Positions 1 to 11,685 of a DNA stretch of 64,000 bases are shown piece by piece. The translations under genes were made by a program, and so were the position numbers. How positions within the stretch are numbered: position 1 is the first letter of the stretch; every line of letters begins with the position of its first letter. This DNA comes from Microbotryum violaceum (taxonomy: Eukaryota), in assembly GCA_001244265.2 (NCBI GenBank), contig CDLV01000006.1, positions 806,001-870,000 of the forward strand, written 5' to 3'. Under the pieces are notes generated by a model. That model ran no database searches, had not been told where the DNA came from, and saw only the letters and a program-made list of their open reading frames with translations.

Positions 1-494
1 AGCAGAGGCTGCGAGCGGCGCACCGCTCACGCGCACGCGCACGCGGTGCAATTGGCTCGGGTTCCTAATGAGCGCTTGCGTTGCTAATGCCTGCGAGCGT
101 GTGATTGCTGGCTATTACTATCGCTGACGTGCGATGATCTGATCGCCAACCCCCTGATACGATACCGCACGCGCTTTCCACCACCACCACCACTCGGCTC
201 AACTCGACTTGGGAGAGTGTGATCAAGCTCCAACCGATTGCCTCCTGCCAGTCGTTGGGCCACACGATAAGGGAGACGACGGGACCGTGTGACTCTGATC
301 GTCTTGGTCGTGACACGCTGTACCCGACACGTCGGCCGGCTTGGACTGCCCGCTGGTTTGCTCCCCCCCCCCCCTCCCCCCCACTCGGCACCGGCACGAG
401 AAGCGCGCGCAGTCTCACCAGCACATTCCGAGCTGGCAGCTGACTGATCGTGGGCTAGAGAAGGCCTTGGGGGCCGGCAGGAGGGGACGAGACC

Positions 495-3400
495 ATGTCG
501 TACCACTACAACAGCGACCACTATGACGACTACCACTATCAGTCGACCAGTGCCGCAACTTTCCCCTCGGCGTCATCGTCGTCGTCCTCATACCTCCACA
601 CGAAGCAGCCTCCGTCGGCCGACGCACCCCTCGGACAGGCACCGCCTCCTCAAGCTTTAGCTCCACCAGGTCGGTCTCAGGTGCACTGCCAACACTCCGC
701 AAGCAAGGGTTGCTTTATACCGTCTCACACGGCTGATTGACAACTCGACTGCAGACCTCGAGGTACCGTTCTATGCACGTACGTGCGCGGCTCACGGCGA
801 AGAGCTTCGACACCGTCATTCCATCACCGCCGCTCCGTCTCAGCCGTTGCGCCCGTCCCAGACCCAGTACGACCACAACCCAGCTGGATACGACCCATCC
901 CATCCCCACCCTGGGTATGCACGCTACCAAGCTCCTGTTCCACCGTCACAACCTTATGCCATAGCCGCCGCTGCCTCGGCTCCTCGCCCTCCTCCTGGCG
1001 CCTATGCCCCTCTTCCGCCGACAGCTCCTCCTCGGCCGCCTCTTCCACCCGGTGGACACACCTCCTCATCCTCCTTACCCGTCAACTCGGTCTCTGCCCC
1101 GTTCTACCCGACCGTGGATGACTACACCGCTCGGCTCGAGGCGTTGCAGATGGGCAATCTCTTCCCCGACGATTCGTCGTCGTCCCCGGCCTCGTCGCCT
1201 TCAACCGGTCTGAGACCCCCACCTCCGCGCCCGTTGACAATATCGCCCCCTTCCAACTCGAGCCTCAATCACCACCGCCGCAGCAGCCCAACGACCCCTG
1301 ATCAACTCTACCCTCGCGACCAACGCGACAGCTTCACCAGCGGATTCATCGCCATGTACGGCGGCTCGCCCTCGCCGCAGAATTCGCCCCTGCCGTTCAC
1401 CAACAACCTCTCGTCGTCTTCTGTGCAGTACCAAGCCCAGCAGCGCTACTCGAGCGATTCGTTGACTGCCGCGTCGCCGATTCATACGTCACATCTGTCC
1501 AACGCCACCGCCATGGCTATGCCGAGTCCGCTCTCGCCTCCGGTTCGATCGCAAGCCGCCGCATCGCTCGCCGCCGTCACGGGGATATCGAATGCTGCTT
1601 CCACCTCGGCTTCAGCTTCAAACAATTCTTACCCGTCCCATGCCTCGCATCCCAGCACGGACTCGTCCGCGACCCGGTCCTCGAACGGATCCCTGCCGCG
1701 ACCGCTCCCGCACGAAGATTCGTTCTATTCGGTCGCGTCCTCGACATGGTCACCGGGGCAGCCGGGACATCAACATAATTCGAATCACAGTTCGACTTAT
1801 AGCTCCCACCATACGAGGAAGTCGCCACCCCCACAGCATCAACCGTACGAAGCTGCCCCGCTCAAACCTTCGAGACCACCCCATTTCGTCCACTCCTCCG
1901 CCTCGTCATCCAGCGGGCGGTTCATCACGGACGGGCAGACGTTGGACTATTCGAACCCTCCGAGGTCGGGTAGCCTGGAGCACTTTCGAAGTACGGCCAG
2001 TCCGACCGAATGGGCGAGAGCCAAGGCCATCACCGGCGGCGAGTCCCAGTTCGAGCAGCAGCAACGCTCGCAGCGGTCTGATCAGCCGCCGAGTATTCCT
2101 GCGACCGTCGTGGCGTCTACGCCTTTTTCGAGCTCTTTCTCAGTGCCTGGCTTGACTGCGATTGATGAGTCGGAATCTCCAAATCCGGCATTCACCGTTT
2201 CGCCCGTCGAGTCGCCGAACATGACGACCCACCCGGTCTTTTCCAGAGCACCCAAGCGGTCCATGACGGGCTCGTCCTTGTCGCCGCATGTGCCCTCGTC
2301 GCTTTCGCCTTCCACCTCTTACCATAGTCTTAAACGAACGACCTCGGGTGCTTCGACCTCGACGCAGGCGACGACGATGTATGCGACCCAGATCCCGTTC
2401 TCGTTTTCCGCCGCCGATCTGCCCGAGTTCCTCAACCCCGCTCTTCTGTCCCACCTCGCCGTCTTTCTACGCGACTACATCCCCCGATCGACGCACACCA
2501 AGTCGAATTGTGAATATCCTCGCTCCTTCACCTCGCAGGACATCATCAACACTTTGCAACGCGCACTCGTCGCCGGTCCGTGCCCAGTCGACCCGCATGA
2601 CCGCAAGCTCGCGCTCTCGATCGCTCGATCGTTGCACGAGTCGCTGTGGTTCCATGAAGTCGATTGGTCAGACGCACCTATTCGGGACGCACCGGCTCCG
2701 ACTTTGAACGAGGCCAACTCGACGAATCATCGGCTCTACCAATTCGACGACGACGAGCGATCGGAAGTGCACGTGTCAAAGGATGAGACGCAGGACGAGG
2801 ACGAGACGCCCAAGGGGGTCTTGACGACTTTGACGGGGTGTTATTCGCCGTTCTGTAATCAGTTGGAGGATGAGGAGACGAGGTACAGGTGCTATGCTTA
2901 TGATTGTTCGAATCGGGCAAAGGTCAGTTTTGTGAGAGTAATCGTATGAGACGACGAGAGCTGACCAGCCTTTCATTACGATGCAACTAGCGTGGGACTG
3001 CGCTGCAGAGGCAGACGAGTTCAATCTCAACCTTAACCGTGGCCGAGACGGTCAGTTCCTACCTACAGTCTTGCGGGAACGAGTCACGTACTGACTTGGT
3101 CGGTGACATCAAGCAGATTGATAAACCGCCAGAAAACTGGGTCACCTCGGTCCCGGCCTCGGTCGTCAGCTCCATGTCAAAGCATGAGATAGAGTACCAG
3201 AACAGGGTCTACGAGTTGATCAAGGGAGAGGCCGAGTATTATCATGATCTTGAGCTCCTCGATTCGGTACGTCTTGGCATGCGGTGAGTGCAGCAATTTG
3301 CTACCGGGAAAACTCACACCATAGTATTCGCAGCTCTTTGCTCAACCTTTACGACAAGCAAACCCGTCTATCCTCCAACCCGCCTCCCGAGTCGAGCCCT

Positions 3401-5896
3401 TCATCGCTGAAGTTCTCCAAAACGTCGGTGAGGTCCGCAAACACTCCGGCGCTTTCCTCGACGCTTTGCAAGAGCGGCAGAAGCAGGCCCATGTCTTCCA
3501 TGGCGTCGGCAGGATCATGCTTTCGTTCGCTGTGGACTGGTCACCGGATTATACGAAGTTTGCGGTCAATTTCCCGTTCGCGGATGCGGCTGTCAGGGAG
3601 GAGATGGGGAGGAACCCCAAGTTCAGGGACTTTTTGGGGGTGAGTCGTCGTTTGGCATGCCACTCTGGAGAGTCTACAAAGACTAACGGTACACACCTCC
3701 ATCAGCAATTCCGCTATCGACCCGAAACGCACCGCCACGACTTTCACCACTTTCACACCCGAGCGACGATCCGCGGCGTGCGCTACCTCCTTCTCCTTAA
3801 GGACATCCTCAAACTATCCCAAGAAGACGATCCTGATCGTCCCTACGTACTCGAAACGATCAAAGTCATCGAACAGCAAGCCGCGGAAGCGAATAAACTG
3901 ATCAAAGTTACCGAAACCAAAGTCGCTTTGAGGGAATACGATCGTGACTTGGTCCCCAAGAGGGAAGGGGAGAATTTGAGTTACCTCGAGTTGAAGAATG
4001 AACAGGAACGCCAGTACTTTGGGAGTGTTAAGGTGCTCAAGCGCGTTGATGGGGCTGTTGGGACGGAGTGGAGCGAGTGTTGGTTGGTCTTGTTTGATCA
4101 TTATCGTGAGCTCTTTCCGGGTCGGGAACGTGTTGCGAGAGTCTGGGGAGCTGATTGATGGAATGAATGCTCCGCAGTGGTGACGACCAAGATGCCGCGG
4201 GAAAAGGAGGGCAGGAAGCGATACGTCATGACTCGACGGGTGAGCTCAGCTTGGACCAGTAGAATGGTTCCCGGGGTGACATAACTGATGAAACTTTCCA
4301 TCTGCACCTCATCGTAGCCCGTGCCGCTCGACCTGATCCAGCTCAAGACGACGAGCTTCAGTGATCCGCCTCAGCAACGGACATCGGGCTTCCATCTACG
4401 CAGTGCTCGAGCAGGCACTCCTGGATACGCCGATTCGCCTTCCAACTCGAGCTCGACTTCCCTCGTCTAGTAAGTCCGGGTGTGCGCGATGGTGTGCTTC
4501 GCGTGTTAATCATCGTTGCGTTTCTTTCTGCAGCCCCATCCACTTTTATCAGATGGGCCGGTACGACGGTCAAGTCTACTTTTACGTCGAATCGCAAGCG
4601 ACCCGACTGGAGTGGGAGCATAAATTCCGGGAAGCCGTCGATCTGCGAGCGCAACGACAGTCGATCTCCAAGGTCATTCGAATGGACCTTCTCGCCGAAA
4701 CGACGTTTGGAGCGGCCCATGTCGTCGGCTCCCTGGATGCGATGACGAGCCATAACGCCGTGGGCAAACCGACATGTTCCGTTCCGCTGGATCTGGCGGA
4801 TGGTCAGGCCTTGGTCATTATCGGGTGCGCGGAAGGGCTGTTCATTGGGTACCGGGGTCGACCCAAGTCGCTGCGTCAGGTTGTCGCCCTCTCTGGGATC
4901 ACGCAATGCGCCGTACTGCCCGAGTACGGCTTTGTCCTCGTCCTGGCGAACAAGGTCCTCATCGCCTATTCACTCGAAGCGCTCATCCCGTCCGGTACAA
5001 CCTCGAACAGCTCCGTCTCCCGGGCACCGCAGCGTCTGAGTGGTCAGAAGGATGTATCATTTTTCCGCGTCGGCAAGATCGGGACCGAAGCGCCCAAGAC
5101 GTTGATCATCTACGCCAAGAAGGGCGGCGTCAAGGAATCCATCTTCAAGGCTTTGGAACCGGTCAATCACTCGCATAAAGGTGGCGGTGGCGGTGCGGGT
5201 CACAAGTTGTTCAGCTTTGGTTCGAGCAAGACCGAGAGCTTCAAGTCGTACAAGGACTTCTTCATCCCTGCACTCGTGAGCGGCTTGCAGTTCCATCGGA
5301 GCAAACTGGCTTTGATTGGTTCGCGCGGCGTCGAGATCATGGACCTCGAGGACATGAAAACAATGACGGTGCCTGCCTTCCCCTCGTCTCGCCACGACCG
5401 ATCGCTCGTCTCGCTCGCCGAACGATGCGAAAAGGCCCAAGCGCTCGGCATGTTTCGCTTGCAAGGCGATCGGTTTCTCCTCGCCTACACCGATTTCGCC
5501 TTCCACGTCACTCGCCACGGTTTGCCGATCGAGGGGTTCACCATCGAGTGGGAGTCCAAACCCGAGAGTGTCGCGTTTCTTTCGCCCTACATCTTCGCCT
5601 TCTCACCCACCATCGTCGAGATTCGCCACGCCCTCACGGGCCAACTCGCTCAATTCATTACAGGGTCCCAAGTCGCTCTTATTTACGACGGCACAGCAAT
5701 TCCGTCCTCCCCTTCGAACGATTCTCTTCCTCGAGAATCGCAATCTTCCGACGAAGTTGCTCCCGCGGAGAAGAGGCTTCATTTCAGTCTCAAGTCGGGT
5801 CATTATCATCTCGTTTACGAGATTAATGTCTTGCCGGGCTTTCAGAGCATTCCCGAGGCGGAGACGCCTTCGTTCCCCAGTGGATTTGGGGCGTAG
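495..5896 (+). CDS. ROM2: Rho1 guanine-nucleotide exchange factor (Rom2/Rgf1 family), multi-exon
   Basis: Pro/Ser-rich N-terminus, DEP-like segment (RSFTSQDII..LWFHEVDW, GVLTTLTGCYSPFC), DH (YELIKGEAEYYHDL, RYLLLLKDILK), PH (WLVLFDHY, PVPLDL) and CNH domain (ITQCAVLPEYGFVLVLANKVL, IEWESKPESVAFLSPYI). Span includes introns; start ATG chosen by eye. Confidence 0.88.
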
Positions 5897-6516
5897 TCTT
5901 AGGGAAAGAGAATGGGCGATGTTGTTTTATCAAAATTACAATCCAAGAACACTTCGTGGGGGTTTTCATGATTTTCTATGTCGTGAAAGCCTGCCTTGAA
6001 CCTTGAAGCTGGGGAGATGCGGTTAGACGCGAGGGCTTCGTTAGAGCCCACGCTCACAAGACGCGGTTTAAGCTACCAGCAGAGAGCAGTTTTCCAAGTT
6101 CAACTCCAAGAGACGTCCAATACCTTGTCCTTCATATTTTGTTCCGTCTGAATTCCAGCAAAAAAGAGGGTTGGTAGTGTAGAGCGCAGAGCTGTCTCTG
6201 AAGCGCACGATAGGAGCTGGCGGGAGGCTCGAGCGTCGGCCGGGGAAAGGCGCCGAAAGTCCAGCTCACGCTCACCGTATCATGCTGTGAATCTTGCGGA
6301 CACTCTCCGCGGGAGGTGGTCGCATTTAACTGGAATGATTTTCTTCTGTTATCTGTCTGCATGATCAGCGAGCGTGGGTGGTTGTTGCTGCCCTCCCGTC
6401 CAACGTACGTGTGAGACTTCGAAGCGGCAGTGAGACTGACCCCCCATTTCGGCGCTGGGGCGCTTCGCTCGGGCGCCTTCGGGTCTACAACTTGAACTTC
6501 CGCTAGGACCAGAGGA

Positions 6517-8365
6517 TTTTTTTTTTTTGTTTAACTGGGCTCATAAATTACGATCCTTCGGGTTGGCTAGAATCGCTACAAAAAGAGCTAAAAGAGGTAA
6601 TAAAGCAACGACGACAAGCAGCTGGGTGAAAATCAAACCCCTGCGCGCAAAGAGCGCTGCGCAGATCAAAGCCCGCCGAGCACCTAACGCGGACTCCAAC
6701 GGGCGGTGAGTACTGCTGCCGCTTCACGTCCCAAGCGCGGGAGCGAAGATACTCGAAACCAGGCAAGAGCGCCTAGAGAAAGAAGGAAGAGAATATACAG
6801 AAAGTCACAAACGGGAACACCGAGAAAGTAAAATACTAAAACAAGGAGAAAGCAGGGGGAGGAGGGGGGACACACCCGAGGGACCAAGAAAGGGGTCGAA
6901 GCCAGGGATAGAGGCCCCCAAAGACTAACAGGCCGCAGCCAAGCCCCAGCTACCCGTCACCCCGACAACGCCCGATGGCCCTCCTTGGCTGAGTCTCGAG
7001 TGCTGGCTGTTGAGCCGTCGGAAGTCGGGCAAAAAAACGATTCAATAGAACGAACGAGCCTTCTTCCCGATCCACACCGTAACGACCATTCCATTCGACG
7101 AGATCCATCAAGCGGCTTGGAGGGAAAAGGGGAAGGTGGCTGAAGCATAGTCAACATCCGAGCGAGACAGATGGGAAAAGAGAATGGAAAAGGGGGAAAG
7201 AGAGGAGATATATATAAAAAACAGCGGCTCTTCACATAGCCTCCAAAAACGATTGACCCTGCTTGCCGATCCAACATCCAAAAACGAAGATTGCCACTGG
7301 GCAAAAGAAAGGAAGAGAGGTGTGCAGCCTTCCACTGCGCACCAAGTTTCGAGACAGTCAGCTTCCAAAATGAAAGTCGACCTTGGAAAAGGAAGAGAGA
7401 GAGAGAGATAAAAGAAGGAAGGAAGGAAGGAAAGACTTAACTCGATCATCACACCTCCCAATCTCGAGCCCCAGGAACAAAACCCGCCCGAGAGAGAAAA
7501 TCTCGCTTGAACGCTCTAAGTGCACTGGGGATCGAGGGAGGGGCCACGACGCGGTCCTTCTCGAACCGCTGGTGGACGTGCCAGCGCAGCAAGTGCAACC
7601 GCTGGAACCCGATCGCACAAGCCAACCGAACCCACATCCACTTCGAAGTCGTTCTCCCACGACCCCGCAAAAGGGGGAGCCCCATAGTCAGCTGCTCCTG
7701 GGTGAACGTCGACGGATCGACGTCGGTATCCTCGATGCCGAGCTTGTCGAACAGAATGCGCAGCACCCCGCTCCAGTAGCTGGCCGAGTACGCGCACCCG
7801 AAGAAGCAGTGCGACACCGTCTCGATGACCGCTGCATCGTTGCCACAGAACAGACACGACGGCGAAGAAGCATGGCCCTGGACATGTTGCTTCTTGCGCG
7901 TCGGTGTCACATTGTACATAAGCCGCCAGTGGGTGTCCTGCTCCGCAGCAGACGCGAACCGGTCATGAAGCCAACTCCAGAAGCGCTGCCTCCCGCTCTG
8001 AGAAGTCCCCTTGGGGAAACGCTTGACACGATCCTCCCTCCCTGGGAACCGAACCACGTTCACAAGCCGACGAAGCTTGCGAATAGTGAACGGTCGGGTG
8101 AGCCCAAAGAAGTTGAAGCACCGAGGACGGGGAGCCTCCTTGAGAGGTATCCGAGCAGGTCGCAACGCGGTCTTGGGCAGCAAGGCTTTCGCCTTGAGCA
8201 TTTGACCCACGCGCGACCACACGTGCTCGTGCTGTAGGGCGGGTTCCTTAGAGTGCTGCCAGAACCCGCGTCGATGACCAACCAGAGCCCAGCCCTTCCC
8301 TTCGTCCCTCCAGTACAGGTCCGCGATCTGCGCAAACTTCGCCACTGCGTCCGCATCGTCATATG
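6517..8365 (-). mobile_element. 5'-truncated L1/Tx1-type LINE, family B copy 1 (ORF2 C-terminus 7449-8365, 3'UTR, A12 tail)
   Basis: T12 at 6517-6528. Colinear with 19984-21866. C-terminal Cys/His motif CLFCGNDAAVIETVSHCFFGC (zf-RVT-like). Confidence 0.9.
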
Positions 8366-8377
8366 TAACACATGAAG

Positions 8378-8970
8378 TTTTTTTTTTTGTATGAAACTCA
8401 TCGCTAATTTGCAAGACGAGAAACCCCCCTACGGAACTAAAGGTGATGTTGCCCAGTATGCACGTTGATGACCACAACCGCCGCTCGATGCGTTGTAACT
8501 AGCAGAACAGACCAACCCGATACATCCGAGTTCAAGTCCCCCCACCCACGGTTGCTCCCTCCCAGAGACGAATGAAAGGAAGATTGAAGATAATACACGG
8601 GGAATCTGGAAACGATGGAAGAAATGTTGGTGGTGGTACATGTGTTGTACAGGTGAATCCGATCATAGTTGTACAGTTGAACCTTCTTCGATCTTTTGAC
8701 TTCAGACCCCCCTGAGACTGCCATACTCCTTGAGGCCCTTAATTCTTTGAGACGCGTCGAACAAGGCCTCCGATGGCACAAACATCCCGCTCAATCCGAA
8801 TGATTCACGTGGTCCAAAAGGGGGAATGTAACCCCCTGCGACCGCAGCAATCACATACCCCTTGTACCCGTCTGCGCTGGATCTCCACCGCGGAGTCTAA
8901 CCCCCTTTTCGGTTACCAAAGTCTGCCCCCCTCGCGACCGCACGACCCCAGATCACCCCCATTTCAATGA
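8378..8970 (-). mobile_element. 3' fragment of a poly(A)-tailed retroelement, family C copy 1
   Basis: T11 at 8378-8388. 8389-8897 is near-identical to 19468-19976. A short reading frame ending ..KGLKEYGSLRGV* precedes ~320 nt of UTR. Right boundary approximate. Confidence 0.75.
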
Positions 8971-8974
8971 CTGC

Positions 8975-9058
8975 AACTATTTAGATTCAATTAATAATAT
9001 TATGAATGAATTAAATAGACCCTTAACTTGAATTACTCCTAAAGGTATTAAAATTTAT
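8975..9058 (+). pseudogene. Fragment of plasmid-type single-subunit RNA polymerase
   Basis: NYLDSINNIMNELNRPLT(TGA=W)ITPKGIKIY resembles the conserved P.xW.TP.G motif of T7-like RNA polymerases. Confidence 0.6.
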
Positions 9059-9216
9059 GAAAATAGACATGATTCATTCTATAACTTTGTATACTCGCCT
9101 TTTTTTTGCGCGCAAAAAAAGCAGATAAATTTCCAGTTATATATTATGCTTATTATCCCTAATTTTTTTTTTATTTTTTTTTTTCTTTCCTTTTTTATAA
9201 AAACAGAAAACTGGTT

Positions 9217-9330
9217 GACCAATAGCTTCTAAAGCAGAAGCATATGTTGAAAATGGACCTCCTGAAACTAATTTACCATTATCATACACTCAAACTTTTC
9301 TATTGACTAATAAACGAGCTATTCTCTGAG
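9217..9330 (-). pseudogene. Fragment of GIY-YIG homing endonuclease C-terminal (NUMOD1-like) region
   Basis: Translates with TGA=W to RKVWVYDNGKLVSGGPFSTYASALEAIG. Confidence 0.5.
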
Positions 9331-9570
9331 ATAAAACTAAGTGTGTGTTTTTAAGAAAAACAGACAAAAAAAAGAAAATAAAAAACTGTTCGAAGTGATG
9401 GGATGTAAAGAATGGGAAATAGAGTCTCCGACGGTCTTAACCAGAAGTATAGTTGTTGACCGTTTTCATCAGTGTCGCCTAAAGATTAGACTATACGATA
9501 TTATGAAAGTATATATTATTACATTGGACTAAAGACCTAATTTGTATAACATAGATGAGACCATAAATGG

Positions 9571-9760
9571 TTTTCTTTATCATTCTCGTATAAATCTAAA
9601 CATTCTTTAATAATAGATTCACTAAATGACACTTTATTATCATGACTTAATTTATCATTACCAAAAGTATTAGCCATGTAATGGTAAACATAACATAAAC
9701 CCTCGGAATTAATTTCTTCAGACTCATTATACTGGATAGAAAAATTATAAAAATTACTTA
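9571..9760 (-). pseudogene. Fragment of plasmid-type single-subunit RNA polymerase
   Basis: YVYHYMANTFGNDKLSHDNKV matches the ANxFG.DKL motif of phage/mitochondrial RNA polymerases. Confidence 0.7.
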
Positions 9761-9819
9761 GTTTGGATAGCTTTTTTACATATATTATCATTAACTATAC
9801 ATAATATTACATTAATTCT

Positions 9820-10090
9820 GTTTTCTTGCATAATCTAGGTATGTTTGATAGATATGTTTTAATACCAGCGTTATACGATTACCTTAATAGTCTTAAAGAT
9901 ATCAAAGTGTTAATTGATGCTGATCATAAATACATTCTTGTTAAAGTAGCTGATAGTAAAGTTAAAATTGAGTTTAAAGACTCATTACGAATTTTACCTA
10001 TGTCCTTAGATCGTTTAGCTTCAACTTACAATATTAAAGGTAAAACTGAAGCTTATGATCCTAAGTGACAAAACTTAGATTTTCATTAAC
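9820..10090 (+). pseudogene. Fragment of protein-primed family B DNA polymerase (linear mitochondrial plasmid type)
   Basis: ExoII-like HNLGMFD and FKDSLRILPMSLDRLA motifs. Frame continues through TGA=W at 10066. Confidence 0.85.
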
Positions 10091-10787
10091 TCCCTGGGAC
10101 TGAAGATTGAATTAGGTTTAAGTTGTACTCTGTCCTGCTTTTTGATTATCTGTCCTGCTTTTTGATTAATCAAAAAAGACAAAAAGAGGAAAAAAAGACA
10201 AAACAGAAAAGGAGGAGGAGTAGTTCCTTCAAATTAATCTTATTTATTTATACATCCTCGCGCGCTTGATGAACGGAATAAACAAAGCTCATTATCCAAT
10301 CATATAAGCGCCTTTTTCATCTTTGATGAAAAGCAGCGGGGCTGTTTTTATAAAAAAGGGCGGGTGCATAAGGCACACTCTGAAATACTCCTGCACCTTT
10401 CTAGCCCAATTAAAATTCTACTATATGCTGGAAAGACACTCTCAAGCTACGACCTTGAGCATCAATAAATAAATATTGAGTGAACCTATTAAACCTAAAG
10501 AAATTGAAAGTTTTAAAAATATAGTAGAGAATCAATTTGCGCCTACAGATGAATGAAAAAATGCTCATCTAATGAATGTTGAGTTATCTTCTGTATGTTC
10601 TGTTGAAAACTTTTCTAAAAATCTAAGTAAAGAATTGTCTAGTTTCTTAAGTGTAGTTTCAGATAATATTCCTGTTTCCTCTTTTGGTTAGTTATAAAAT
10701 GTAGAATGTAAAACAACAATGAGGAATAATACATATTCTTCTTTTAAAATAGCTTTTAACAATAGTAGAAAGGGGGGACTTATTAAT

Positions 10788-10867
10788 TAATAAAATTTAA
10801 TTATGAGGAAACTTATCATAAGTGAGAATAGTCCTGTAGCTTCTGATAGAGCGAATCCTAGAATAGC
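10788..10867 (-). pseudogene. atp9: atp9 (ATP synthase subunit c) C-terminal fragment
   Basis: Translates to AILGFALSEATGLFSLMISFL, the conserved second helix of subunit c. Confidence 0.9.
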
Positions 10868-11459
10868 CTAAGAAAATACCTCCCGACTTGATTTTCTGTA
10901 CTGTTCCAAAATAAGAGAGAAGTAAAGACTATATCATAGACAGAAGTTTATCTATTTTTGGCAAAAGAAGAGGTTAAACTATATCCAACCAATTAATCCT
11001 ATAACATTTCAATTTTATATCTTCTTTTGTATAACCTATTCCTATTTCGAATAAATACAGAGTCGTCGCAATTTAATACTGCCTTAGCTGCAGTAATTGA
11101 GGGATATTCCACAACATTAGGTGGCGTAGCTAAGGTATCTGTCACTCTAATAGGCACTCACCGTTTTTTAGAACCGAATTTAATAGTATTATTTATAAGC
11201 TTTTTGCTAAGGCAAAAAATAAAAATAAAAAATATGCTGTTTTTGTCCAGGACAAAAAAATAAAAATAAGCGCCTTTTTCATCTTTAGTTTTTTTAGACA
11301 AAAAAGGAAAAGCAGCGGGGCTGCTTTTTGCTAAAGCAAAAAAGACGAAGCGCCCAGCTCGGCTGGGCGAGGGCGACGAAAAGAAAAAGAGTCGGGCTAA
11401 GATAAAAAAATCTAAAGTGATGGGAACAAGAGTCGGGCGAGTACAATAATTGTTTACTT

Positions 11460-11685
11460 ATCTACGTAATATGCAAGTACTTCAATTCCGCAGTTTTTGA
11501 CATTATTTTTATGGTTTAACATAATTTTTTTAACTGCTAAAATACAACTTAAGAATTGTACCGGTTCCGCAGCTTTATTCAATCATAAATTTTTGAATTT
11601 TTCTTTATCATTCTCGTATAAATCTAAACATTCTTTAATAATAGATTCACTAAATGACACTTTATTATCATGACTTAATTTATCA
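11460..11685 (-). pseudogene. Second fragment of plasmid-type RNA polymerase, overlapping the 9571-9760 fragment in source sequence
   Basis: DKLSHDNKVSFSESIIKECLDLYENDKEKFKNL(TGA=W)LNKAAEPVQFLSCILAVK, including an EPxQFLxC motif. 11599-11685 repeats 9571-9657. Confidence 0.75.

Larger units (their letters stand above)
8971..11685. other. Mosaic NUMT: concatenated mitochondrial and mitochondrial-plasmid fragments in both orientations
   Basis: Abrupt switch to AT-rich DNA. Frames use TGA as Trp. Recognisable pieces of atp9, a group I intron core, a GIY-YIG/NUMOD1 segment, protein-primed polB and single-subunit RNA polymerase. Repeated motif AAAAGCAGCGGGGCTGYTTTT near 10330 and 11308. Confidence 0.88.

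Noticed and set aside
6090-6500. RNase P/MRP RNA (GAAAGTCC; AAGTTCAA/TTGAACTT pairing)
   Set aside because: The matches are short enough to arise by chance and the conserved regions could not be laid out consistently.
7449-8477. 342-aa ORF as a standalone gene
   Set aside because: It reads across the C1 3'UTR and tail (KKK) into the B1 ORF2 end, so it is a junction artefact. The same applies to 18648-19556 and 24984-25580.
8378-8897. Family C as a tRNA-derived SINE or snRNA retrocopy
   Set aside because: No A/B boxes or snRNA motifs recognised. Copy 1 seems to extend further 5' and carries a residual reading frame, fitting a truncated LINE end.
11027-11263. Possible mitochondrial rps3 fragment
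   Set aside because: No motif recognised with confidence. Left as part of the NUMT.
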